Shown here piece by piece: positions 52,240 to 64,000 of a DNA stretch of 64,000 nt. Position 1 is the first letter of the stretch, and each line of letters begins with the position of its first letter. Source of the stretch: Balanoglossus misakiensis. Taxonomy: Eukaryota; Animalia; Hemichordata. The DNA is taken from assembly GCA_040954595.2 (NCBI GenBank), contig CM082581.2, forward strand, positions 12,719,821-12,783,820. The letters are read 5' to 3'. Below the pieces are notes generated by a model, which saw only the letters and a list, made by a program, of their open reading frames with translations, did no database searches and was not told the origin of the DNA. Made by a program: the position numbers and the translations under genes.

Positions 52240-52588
52240 AAATTGTCAGATTTTGATGATTTTTATAAGCTATATCCCATGAAAAATATCCCCAGATGAC
52301 AAAATCACCAAAGTTGGCAAAGTCGGAAAACTTTCGGATTTTGATGATTTTCATGAGCTATAACCCACGAAAATTTGAAAAAATGAAGAAATTGGCAAAG
52401 TCGGAAAACTGTCGGAGTTTGATGATTTTCATGAGCTATAACCCACGAAAATTTGAAAAAATGGCGAAATAGGCAAAGTCGGAAAATTGTCAGATTTTCA
52501 TGAGCTATAATCCATGAAAATTTGAAAAAACGACGAAATAAACAAAGTCGGAAAAAATCGACAAAATTTTGAGATTTCGCAAAGTCGA
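52240..52588 (-). repeat. Inverted, degenerate (69-78 bp) monomers of the satellite family
   Basis: Repeated tcatgagctataaccc and gcaaagtcg are reverse complements of gggttatagctcatga and cgactttgc. Spacing of 52351, 52429 and 52498 gives 78 and 69 bp. Confidence 0.88.
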
Positions 52589-55500
52589 TTTTTGAAAAAA
52601 ATCATGGGTTATTATAGCTCATGAAAATCATCCAGAAATGACAATTTTTCGACTTTGAAAAATCTCAAAATTTCGTCCATTTTTGAAAAAAATCATGGGT
52701 TATAGCTCATGAAAATCATCCAGAAATGACAATTTTTCGACTTTGCGAATTTTCGAAATTTCGGCGATTTTTGAAAAAAATCATGGGTTATAGCTGATGA
52801 AAATCATCCAGAAATGACAATTTTTCGACTTTGCGAAATCTCAAAAGTTCGTCGATTTTTGAAAAAAATCATGGGTTATAGCTCATGAAAATCATCCAGA
52901 AATGACAATTTTTCGACTTTGCGAATTTTCAAAATTTCGTCGATTTTTGATAAAAATCATGGGTTATAGCTCATGAAAATCATCCAGAAATGACAATTTT
53001 TCGACTTTGCGAATTTTCGAAATGTCGTCGATTTTTGAAAAAATCATGGGTTATAGCTCATGAAAATCATCCAGAAATGACAATTTTTCGACTTTGCGAA
53101 TTTTCGAAATTTCGTCGATTTTTGATAAAAATCATGGGTTATAGCTCATGAAAAGCGTCAAAAATCGACGATTTTCGACTTTGCGAATTTTCGAAATTTG
53201 GTCATTTTTTGAAAAAAATCATGGGTTATAGCTCAGGAAAATCATCCAGAAATGACAATTTTTCGACTTTGCGAATTTTCAAAATTTCGTCGATTTTTGA
53301 TAAAAATCATGGGTTATAGCTCATGAAAATCATCCAAATATGACAATTTTTCGTCTTTGCGAATTTTCGAAATTTCGTCGATTTTTGAAAAAATCATGGG
53401 TTATAGCTCATGAAAATCATCCAGAAATGACAATTTTTCGACTTTGCGGATTTTCAAAATTTCGTGAATTTTTGAAAAAATCATGGGTTATAGCTCATGA
53501 AAATCATCCAGAAATGACAATTTTTCGACTTTGCGAAATCTCAAAAGTTCGTCGATTTTTGAAAAAAATCATGGGTTATAGCTCATGAAAATCATCCAGA
53601 AATGACAATTTTTCGACTTTGCGAATTTTCAAAATTTCGTCTATTTTTGATAAAAATCATGGGTTATAGCTCATGAAAATCATCCAAATATGACAATTTT
53701 TCGTCTTTGCGAATTTTCGAAATTTCGTCGATTTTTGAAAAAATCATGGGTTATAGCTCATGAAAATCATCCAGAAATGACAATTTTTCGACTTTGCGGA
53801 TTTTCAAAATTTCGTGAATTTTTGAAAAAATCATGGGTTATAGCTCATGAAAATCATCCAGAAATGACAATTTTTCGACTTTGCGAAATCTCAAAAGTTC
53901 GTCGATTTTTGAAAAAAATCATGGGTTATAGCTCATGAAAATCATCCAGAAATGACAATTTTTCGACTTTGCGAATTTTCAAAATTTCGTCTATTTTTGA
54001 TAAAAATCATGGGTTATAGCTCATGAAAATCATCCAAATATGACAATTTTTCGTCTTTGCGAATTTTCGAAATTTCGTCGATTTTTGAAAAAATCATGGG
54101 TTATAGCTCATGAAAATCATCCAGAAATGACAATTTTTCGACTTTGCGGATTTTCAAAATTTCGTGAATTTTTGAAAAAATCATGGGTTATAGTTCATGA
54201 AAATCATCCAGAAATGACAATTTTTCGACTTTGCGAATTTTCGAAATTTCGTCGATTTTTGAAAAAATCATGGGTTATAGCTCATGAAAATCATCCAGAA
54301 ATGACAATTTTTCGACTTTGCGAATTTTCGAAATGTCGTCGATTTTTGAAAAAATCATGGGTTATAGCTCATGAAAATCATCCAGAAATGACAATTTTTC
54401 GACTTTGCGAATTTTCGAAATTTCGTCGATTTTTGATAAAAATCATGGGTTATAGCTCATGAAAAGCGTCAAAAATCGACGATTTTTGACTTTGCGAATT
54501 TTCGAAATTTGGTCATTTTTTGAAAAAATCAAGGGTTATAGCTCATGAAAATCATCCAGAAATGACAATTTTTCGACTTTGCGAATTTTCAAAATTTCGT
54601 CGATTTTTGATAAAAATCATGGGTTATATAGCTCATGAAAATCATCCAAATATGACAATTTTTCGTCTTTGCGAATTTTCGAAATTTCGTCGATTTTTGA
54701 AAAAATCATGGGTTATAGCTCATGAAAATCATCCAGAAATGACAATTTTTCGACTTTGCGGATTTTCAAAATTTCGTGAATTTTTGAAAAAATCATGGGT
54801 TATAGCTCAGGAAAATCGTCAAAAATCGACGATTTTTCGACTTTGCGAATTTTCGAAATTTGGTGATTTTTTGAAAAAATCATGGGTTATAGCTCAGGAA
54901 AATCGTCAAAAATCGACGATTTTTCGACTTTGCGAATATTCGAAATTTGGTGATTTTTTGAAAAAATCATGGGTTATAGCTCAGGAAAATCGTCAAAAAT
55001 CGACGATTTTTGGACTTTGCGAATTTTCGAAATGTGGTAATTTTTTGAAAAAATCATGGGTTATAGCTCAGGAAAATCGTCAAAAATCGACGATTTTTGG
55101 AGTTTGCGAATTTTCGAAATTTGGTGATTTTTTGAAAAAATCATGGGTTATAGCTCAGGAAAATCGTCAAAAATCGACGATTTTTGGACTTTGCGAATTT
55201 TCGAAATTTGGTGATTTTTTGAAAAAATCATGGGTTATAGCTCAGGAAAATCGTCAAAAATCGACGATTTTTGGACTTTGCGGAATTTCAAAATTTGGTC
55301 ATTTTTTGAAAAAATCATGGGTTATAGCTCAGGAAAATCGTCAAAAATCGACGATTTTTGGACTTTGCGAATTTTCGAAATTTGGTGATTTTTTGAAAAA
55401 ATCATGGGTTATAGCTCAGGAAAATCGTCAAAAATCGACGATTTTTGGACTTTGCGAATTTTCGAAATTTGGTGATTTTTTGAAAAAATCATGGGTTATA

Positions 55501-58500
55501 GCTCAGGAAAATCGTCAAAAATCGACGATTTTTGGAGTTTGCGAATTTTCGAAATTTGGTGATTTTTTGAAAAAATCATGGGTTATAGCTCAGGAAAATC
55601 GTCAAAAATCGACGATTTTTGGACTTTGCGAATTTTCGAAATTTGGTGATTTTTTGAAAAAATCATGGGTTATAGCTCAGGAAAATCATCCAGAAATGAC
55701 TATTTTTGGAGTTTGCGAATTTTCGAAATTTGGTGATTTTTTGAAAAAATCATGGGTTATAGCTCATGAAAATCATCCAGAAATGACAATTTTTCGACTT
55801 TGCGAATTTTCGAAATTTCGTCGATTTTTGATAAAAATCATGGGTTATAGCTCATGAAAAGCGTCAAAAATCGACGATTTTCGATTTTGCGAATTTTCGA
55901 AATTTGGTCATTTTTTGAAAAAAATCATGGGTTATAGCTCAGGAAAATCATCCAGAAATGACAATTTTTCGACTTTGCGAATTTTCAAAATTTCGTCGAT
56001 TTTTGATAAAAATCATGGGTTATAGCTCAGGAAAATCGTCAAAAATCGACGATTTTCGGAGTTTGCGAATTTTCGAAATTTGGTGATTTTTTGAAAAAAT
56101 CATGGGTTATAGCTCAGGAAAATCGTCAAAAATCGACGATTTTTGGAGTTTGCGAATTTTCGAAATTTGGTGATTTTTTGAAAAAATCATGGGTTATAGC
56201 TCAGGAAAATCGTCAAAAATCGACGATTTTTGGACTTTGCGAATTTTCGAAATTTGGTGATTTTTTGAAAAAATCATGGGTTATAGCTCAGGAAAATCGT
56301 CAAAAATCGACGATTTTTGGAGTTTGCGAATTTTCGAAATTTGGTGATTTTTTGAAAAAATCATGGGTTATAGCTCAGGAAAATCGTCAAAAATCGACGA
56401 TTTTTGGAGTTTGCGAATTTTCGAAATTTGGTGATTTTTTGAAAAAATCATGGGTTATAGCTCAGGAAAATCGTCAAAAATCGACGATTTTTGGACTTTG
56501 CGAATTTTCGAAATGTGGTGATTTTTTGAAAAAATCATGGGTTATAGCTCAGGAAAATCGTCAAAAATCGACGATTTTTGGACTTTGCGAATTTTCGAAA
56601 TTTGGTGATTTTTTGAAAAAATCATGGGTTATAGCTCAGGAAAATCGTCAAAAATCGACGATTTTTGGACTTTGCGGAATTTCAAAATTTGGTCATTTTT
56701 TGAAAAAATCATGGGTTATAGCTCAGGAAAATCGTCAAAAATCGACGATTTTTGGACTTTGCGAATTTTCGAAATTTGGTGATTTTTTGAAAAAATCATG
56801 GGTTATAGCTCAGGAAAATCGTCAAAAATCGACGATTTTTGGACTTTGCGAATTTTCGAAATTTGGTGATTTTTTGAAAAAATCATGGGTTATAGCTCAG
56901 GAAAATCGTCAAAAATCGACGATTTTTGGAGTTTGCGAATTTTCGAAATTTGGTGATTTTTTGAAAAAATCATGGGTTATAGCTCAGGAAAATCGTCAAA
57001 AATCGACGATTTTTGGACTTTGCGAATTTTCGAAATTTGGTGATTTTTTGAAAAAATCATGGGTTATAGCTCAGGAAAATCGTCAAAAATCGACGATTTT
57101 TGGAGTTTGCGAATTTTCGAAATTTGGTGATTTTTTGAAAAAATCATGGGTTATAGCTCAGGAAAATCGTCAAAAATCGACGATTTTTGGACTTTGCGAA
57201 TTTTCGAAATGTGGTGATTTTTTGAAAAAATCATGGGTTATAGCTCAGGAAAATCGTCAAAAATTGACGATTTTTGGACTTTGCGAATTTTCGAAATTTG
57301 GTTATTTTTTGAAAAAATCATGGGTTATAGCTCAGGAAAATCGTCAAAAATCGACGATTTTTGGACTTTGCGAATTTTCGAAATTTGGTGATTTTTTGAA
57401 AAAATCATGGGTTATAGCTCAGGAAAATCGTCAAAAATCGACGATTTTTGGACTTTGCGGAATTTCAAAATTTTGTCATTTTTTGAAAAAATCATGGGTT
57501 ATAGCTCAGGAAAATCGTCAAAAATCGACGATTTTTGGACTTTGCGAATTTTCGAAATTTGTTGATTTTTTGAAAAAATCATGGGTTATAGCTCATGAAA
57601 ATCATCCAGAAATGACAATTTTTCGACTTTGCGAATTTTCGAAATTTGGTGATTTTTTGAAAAAATCATGGGTTATAGCTCAGGAAAATCGTCAAAAATC
57701 GACGATTTTTGGACTTTGCGAATTTTCGAAATTTGGTGATTTTTTGAAAAAATCATGGGTTATAGCTCAGGAAAATCGTAAAAAATCGACGATTTTTGGA
57801 CTTTGCGAATTTTCGAAATTTGGTGATTTTTTGAAAAAATCATGGGTTATAGCTCAGGAAAATCGTCAAAAATCGACGATTTTTGGACTTTGCGAATTTT
57901 CGAAATTTGGTGATTTTTTGAAAAAATCATGGGTTATAGCTCAGGAAAATCGTCAAAAATCGACGATTTTTGGAGTTTGCGAATTTTCGAAATTTGGTGA
58001 TTTTTTGAAAAAATCATGGGTTATAGCTCAGGAAAATCGTCAAAAATCGACGATTTTTGGAGTTTGCGAATTTTCGAAATTTGGTGATTTTTTGAAAAAA
58101 TCATGGGTTATAGCTCAGGAAAATCGTCAAAAATCGACGATTTTTGGACTTTGCGAATTTTCGAAATATGGTGATTTTTTGAAAAAATCATGGGTTATAG
58201 CTCATGAAAATCATCCAGAAATGACAATTTTTCGACTTTGCGGATTTTCAAAATTTCGTGAATTTTTGAAAAAATCATGGGTTATAGCTCAGGAAAATCG
58301 TCAAAAATCGACGATTTTTCGACTTTGCGAATTTTCGAAATTTGGTGATTTTTTGAAAAAATCATGGGTTATAGCTCAGGAAAATCGTCAAAAATCGACG
58401 ATTTTTCGACTTTGCGAATATTCGAAATTTGGTGATTTTTTGAAAAAATCATGGGTTATAGCTCAGGAAAATCGTCAAAAATCGACGATTTTTGGACTTT

Positions 58501-61500
58501 GCGAATTTTCGAAATGTGGTAATTTTTTGAAAAAATCATGGGTTATAGCTCAGGAAAATCGTCAAAAATCGACGATTTTTGGAGTTTGCGAATTTTCGAA
58601 ATTTGGTGATTTTTTGAAAAAATCATGGGTTATAGCTCAGGAAAATCGTCAAAAATCGACGATTTTTGGACTTTGCGAATTTTCGAAATTTGGTGATTTT
58701 TTGAAAAAATCATGGGTTATAGCTCAGGAAAATCGTCAAAAATCGACGATTTTTGGACTTTGCGGAATTTCAAAATTTGGTCATTTTTTGAAAAAATCAT
58801 GGGTTATAGCTCAGGAAAATCGTCAAAAATCGACGATTTTTGGACTTTGCGAATTTTCGAAATTTGGTGATTTTTTGAAAAAATCATGGGTTATAGCTCA
58901 GGAAAATCGTCAAAAATCGACGATTTTTGGACTTTGCGAATTTTCGAAATTTGGTGATTTTTTGAAAAAATCATGGGTTATAGCTCAGGAAAATCGTCAA
59001 AAATCGACGATTTTTGGAGTTTGCGAATTTTCGAAATTTGGTGATTTTTTGAAAAAATCATGGGTTATAGCTCAGGAAAATCGTCAAAAATCGACGATTT
59101 TTGGACTTTGCGAATTTTCGAAATTTGGTGATTTTTTGAAAAAATCATGGGTTATAGCTCAGGAAAATCATCCAGAAATGACTATTTTTGGAGTTTGCGA
59201 ATTTTCGAAATTTGGTGATTTTTTGAAAAAATCATGGGTTATAGCTCATGAAAATCATCCAGAAATGACAATTTTTCGACTTTGCGAATTTTCGAAATTT
59301 CGTCGATTTTTGATAAAAATCATGGGTTATAGCTCATGAAAAGCGTCAAAAATCGACGATTTTCGATTTTGCGAATTTTCGAAATTTGGTCATTTTTTGA
59401 AAAAAATCATGGGTTATAGCTCAGGAAAATCATCCAGAAATGACAATTTTTCGACTTTGCGAATTTTCAAAATTTCGTCGATTTTTGATAAAAATCATGG
59501 GTTATAGCTCAGGAAAATCGTCAAAAATCGACGATTTTCGGAGTTTGCGAATTTTCGAAATTTGGTGATTTTTTGAAAAAATCATGGGTTATAGCTCAGG
59601 AAAATCGTCAAAAATCGACGATTTTTGGAGTTTGCGAATTTTCGAAATTTGGTGATTTTTTGAAAAAATCATGGGTTATAGCTCAGGAAAATCGTCAAAA
59701 ATCGACGATTTTTGGACTTTGCGAATTTTCGAAATTTGGTGATTTTTTGAAAAAATCATGGGTTATAGCTCAGGAAAATCGTCAAAAATCGACGATTTTT
59801 GGAGTTTGCGAATTTTCGAAATTTGGTGATTTTTTGAAAAAATCATGGGTTATAGCTCAGGAAAATCGTCAAAAATCGACGATTTTTGGAGTTTGCGAAT
59901 TTTCGAAATTTGGTGATTTTTTGAAAAAATCATGGGTTATAGCTCAGGAAAATCGTCAAAAATCGACGATTTTTGGACTTTGCGAATTTTCGAAATGTGG
60001 TGATTTTTTGAAAAAATCATGGGTTATAGCTCAGGAAAATCGTCAAAAATCGACGATTTTTGGACTTTGCGAATTTTCGAAATTTGGTGATTTTTTGAAA
60101 AATCATGGGTTATAGCTCAGGAAAATCGTCAAAAATCGACGATTTTTGGACTTTGCGAATTTTCGAAATTTGGTGATTTTTTGAAAAAATCATGGGTTAT
60201 AGCTCAGGAAAATCGTCAAAAATCGACGATTTTTGGACTTTGCGAATTTTCGAAATTTGGTGATTTTTTGAAAAAATCATGGGTTATAGCTCAGGAAAAT
60301 CGTCAAAAATCGACGATTTTTGGAGTTTGCGAATTTTCGAAATTTGGTGATTTTTTGAAAAAATCATGGGTTATAGCTCAGGAAAATCGTCAAAAATCGA
60401 CGATTTTTGGAGTTTGCGAATTTTCGAAATTTGGTGATTTTTTGAAAAAATCATGGGTTATAGCTCAGGAAAATCGTCAAAAATCGACGATTTTTGGAGT
60501 TTGCGAATTTTCGAAATTTGGTGATTTTTTGAAAAAATCATGGGTTATAGCTCAGGAAAATCGTCAAAAATCGACGATTTTTGGACTTTGCGAATTTTCG
60601 AAATGTGGTGATTTTTTGAAAAAATCATGGGTTATAGCTCAGGAAAATCGTCAAAAATCGACGATTTTTGGACTTTGCGAATTTTCGAAATTTGGTTATT
60701 TTTTGAAAAAATCATGGGTTATAGCTCAGGAAAATCGTCAAAAATCGACGATTTTTGGACTTTGCGAATTTTCGAAATTTGGTGATTTTTTGAAAAAATC
60801 ATGGGTTATAGCTCAGGAAAATCGTCAAAAATCGACGATTTTTGGACTTTGCGGAATTTCAAAATTTTGTCATTTTTTGAAAAAATCATGGGTTATAGCT
60901 CAGGAAAATCGTCAAAAATCGACGATTTTTGGACTTTGCGAATTTTCGAAATTTGTTGATTTTTTGAAAAAATCATGGGTTATAGCTCATGAAAATCATC
61001 CAGAAATGACAATTTTCGACTTTGCGAATTTTCGAAATTTGGTGATTTTTTGAAAAAATCATGGGTTATAGCTCAGGAAAATCGTCAAAAATCGACGATT
61101 TTTGGACTTTGCGAATTTTCGAAATTTGGTGATTTTTTGAAAAAATCATGGGTTATAGCTCAGGAAAATCGTAAAAAATCGACGATTTTTGGACTTTGCG
61201 AATTTTCGAAATTTGGTGATTTTTTGAAAAAATCATGGGTTATAGCTCAGGAAAATCGTCAAAAATCGACGATTTTTGGACTTTGCGAATTTTCGAAATT
61301 TGGTGATTTTTTGAAAAAATCATGGGTTATAGCTCAGGAAAATCGTCAAAAATCGACGATTTTTGGAGTTTGCGAATTTTCGAAATTTGGTGATTTTTTG
61401 AAAAAATCATGGGTTATAGCTCAGGTAAATCGTCAAAAATCGACGATTTTTGGAGTTTGCGAATTTTCGAAATTTGGTGATTTTTTGAAAAAATCATGGG

Positions 61501-64000
61501 TTATAGCTCAGGAAAATCGTCAAAAATCGACGATTTTTGGACTTTGCGAATTTTCGAAATGTGGTGATTTTTTGAAAAAATCATGGGTTATAGCTCAGGA
61601 AAATCGTCAAAAATCGACGATTTTTGGAGTTTGCGAATTTTCGAAATTTGGTGATTTTTTGAAAAAATCATGGGTTATAGCTCAGGAAAATCGTCAAAAA
61701 TCGACGATTTTTGGACTTTGCGAATTTTCGAAATTTGGTGATTTTTTGAAAAAATCATGGGTTATAGCTCAGGAAAATCGTCAAAAATCGACGATTTTTG
61801 GACTTTGCGGAATTTCAAATTTGGTCATTTTTTGAAAAAATCATGGGTTATAGCTCATGAAAATCATCCAGAAATGACAATTTTTCGACTTTGCGGATTT
61901 TCAAAATTTCGTGAATTTTTGAAAAAATCATGGGTTATAGCTCAGGAAAATCGTCAAAAATCGACGATTTTTCGACTTTGCGAATTTTCGAAATTTGGTG
62001 ATTTTTTGAAAAAATCATGGGTTATAGCTTAGGAAAATCGTCAAAAATCGACGATTTTTCGACTTTGCGAATTTTCGAAATTTGGTGATTTTTTGAAAAA
62101 ATCATGGGTTATAGCTCAGGAAAATCGTCAAAAATCGACGATTTTTGGAGTTTGCGAATTTTCGAAATTTGGTGATTTTTTGAAAAAATCATGGGTTATA
62201 GCTCAGGAAAATCGTCAAAAATCGACGATTTTTGGACTTTGCGAATTTTCGAAATGTGGTAATTTTTTGAAAAAATCATGGGTTATAGCTCAGGAAAATC
62301 GTCAAAAATCGACGATTTTTGGAGTTTGCGAATTTTCGAAATTTGGTGATTTTTTGAAAAAATCATGGGTTATAGCTCAGGAAAATCGTCAAAAATCGAC
62401 GATTTTTGGACTTTGCGAATTTTCGAAATTTGGTGATTTTTTGAAAAAATCATGGGTTATAGCTCAGGAAAATCGTCAAAAATCGACGATTTTTGGACTT
62501 TGCGGAATTTCAAATTTGGTCATTTTTTGAAAAAATCATGGGTTATAGCTCAGGAAAATCGTCAAAAATCGACGATTTTTGGACTTTGCGAATTTTCGAA
62601 TTGGTGATTTTTTGAAAAAATCATGGGTTATAGCTCAGGAAATCGTCAAAAATCGACGATTTTTGGACTTTGCGAATTTTCGAAATTTGGTGATTTTTTG
62701 AAAAAATCATGGGTTATAGCTCAGGAAATCGTCAAAAATCGACGATTTTTGGACTTTGCGAATTTTCGAAATTTGGTGATTTTTTGAAAAAAATCATGGG
62801 TTATAGCTCAGGAAAATCGTCAAAAATCGACGATTTTTGGACTTTGCGAATTTTCGAAATTTGGTGATTTTTTGAAAAAATCATGGGTTATAGCTCAGGA
62901 AAATCGTCAAAAATCGACGATTTTTGGACTTTGCGAATTTTCGAAATTTGGTGATTTTTTGAAAAAATCATGGGTTATAGCTCAGGAAAATCGTCAAAAA
63001 TCGACGATTTTTGGAGTTTGCGAATTTTCGAAATTTGGTGATTTTTTGAAAAATCATGGGTTATAGCTCAGGAAAATCGTCAAAAATCGACGATTTTTGG
63101 AGTTTGCGAATTTTCGAAATTTGGTGATTTTTTGAAAAAATCATGGGTTATAGCTCAGGAAAATCATCCAGAAATGACTATTTTTGGAGTTTGCGAATTT
63201 TCGAAATTTGGTGATTTTTTGAAAAAATCATGGGTTATAGCTCATGAAAATCATCCAGAAATGACAATTTTTCGACTTTGCGAATTTTCGAAATTTCGTC
63301 GATTTTTGATAAAAATCATGGGTTATAGCTCATGAAAAGCGTCAAAAATCGACGATTTTCGATTTTGCGAATTTTCGAAATTTGGTCATTTTTTGAAAAA
63401 AATCATGGGTTATAGCTCAGGAAAATCATCCAGAAATGACAATTTTTCGACTTTGCGAATTTTCAAAATTTCGTCGATTTTTGATAAAAATTATGGGTTA
63501 TAGCTCAGGAAAATCGTCAAAAATCGACGATTTTCGGAGTTTGCGAATTTTCGAAATTTGGTGATTTTTTGAAAAAATCATGGGTTATAGCTCAGGAAAA
63601 TCGTCAAAAATCGACGATTTTTGGAGTTTGCGAATTTTCGAAATTTGGTGATTTTTTGAAAAAATCATGGGTTATAGATCAGGAAAATCGTCAAAAATCG
63701 ACGATTTTTGGACTTTGCGAATTTTCGAAATTTGGTGATTTTTTGAAAAAATCATGGGTTATAGCTCAGGAAAATCGTCAAAAATCGACGATTTTTGGAC
63801 TTTGCGAATTTTCGAAATTTGGTGATTTTTTGAAAAAATCATGGGTTATAGCTCAGGAAATCGTCAAAAATCGACGATTTTTCGACTTTGCGAATTTTCG
63901 AAATTTGGTGATTTTTTGAAAAAATCATGGGTTTATAGCTCAGGAAAATCGTCAAAAATCGACGATTTTTGGACTTTGCGAATTTTCGAAATTTGGTGAT
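52585..64000 (+). repeat. 87-bp tandem satellite array (~130 monomers, open at window end) with higher-order structure
   Basis: Consensus gaaaaaatcatgggttatagctcaggaaaatcgtcaaaaatcgacgatttttggactttgcgaattttcgaaatttggtgatttttt, repeated head-to-tail; the 29-aa periodicity of the ORF track confirms the 87-bp period. Confidence 0.98.

Noticed and set aside
53340-63919. Long ORFs (up to 1082 aa) of 29-aa repeats KKSWVIAQENRQKSTIFGLCEFSKFGDFL
   Set aside because: Consequence of an 87-bp (3x29) satellite with one stop-free frame. Frequent 1-bp indels break the frame, variants are mostly non-synonymous, many starts are TTG, and there are no unique N- or C-terminal domains.
52585-64000. CRISPR-like regular repeat array
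   Set aside because: No unique spacers (whole units repeat), no cas genes, and the context is a spliceosomal-intron eukaryotic locus.
60090-64000. Increase in 1-bp homopolymer indels toward the window end
   Set aside because: More likely long-read consensus error in a repeat than biology; cannot be judged without reads.
52600-64000. Telomeric repeat or CENP-B box in the satellite
   Set aside because: Only a single GGGTTA per monomer, not tandem TTAGGG; no match to the 17-bp CENP-B box consensus seen.

Overview
AT-rich, CpG-depleted animal genomic DNA. An invertebrate deuterostome such as a hemichordate is a plausible source, but the taxon is inference only. The main feature is one complete multi-exon CPEB2/3/4 (Orb2-class) cytoplasmic polyadenylation element-binding protein gene on the + strand (CDS 20818-47415). 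It has 8 core coding exons (2016 nt, 671 aa): a Q/P/N-rich low-complexity N-terminus, two RRMs and a ZZ-type zinc finger. Its long intron region holds a 24-nt microexon (37676-37699, (A/T)RTYGRRR) matching the vertebrate neuronal CPEB4 microexon, with an SRRM4/RBFOX/PTBP-type 3' splice site. It also holds a candidate 60-nt cassette exon and a candidate poison or alternative-first exon with an internal promoter (31665-32396). A ~4.2-kb U-rich 3' UTR with CPEs and miRNA seed matches follows. About 0.6 kb past the putative poly(A) signal an 87-bp satellite array begins with a few inverted, degenerate monomers. It runs >11 kb to the window end with nested higher-order repeats. The long 'ORFs' there are a by-product of the 87 = 29x3 period. 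I could not recognise any protein-coding gene in 1-19.4 kb.
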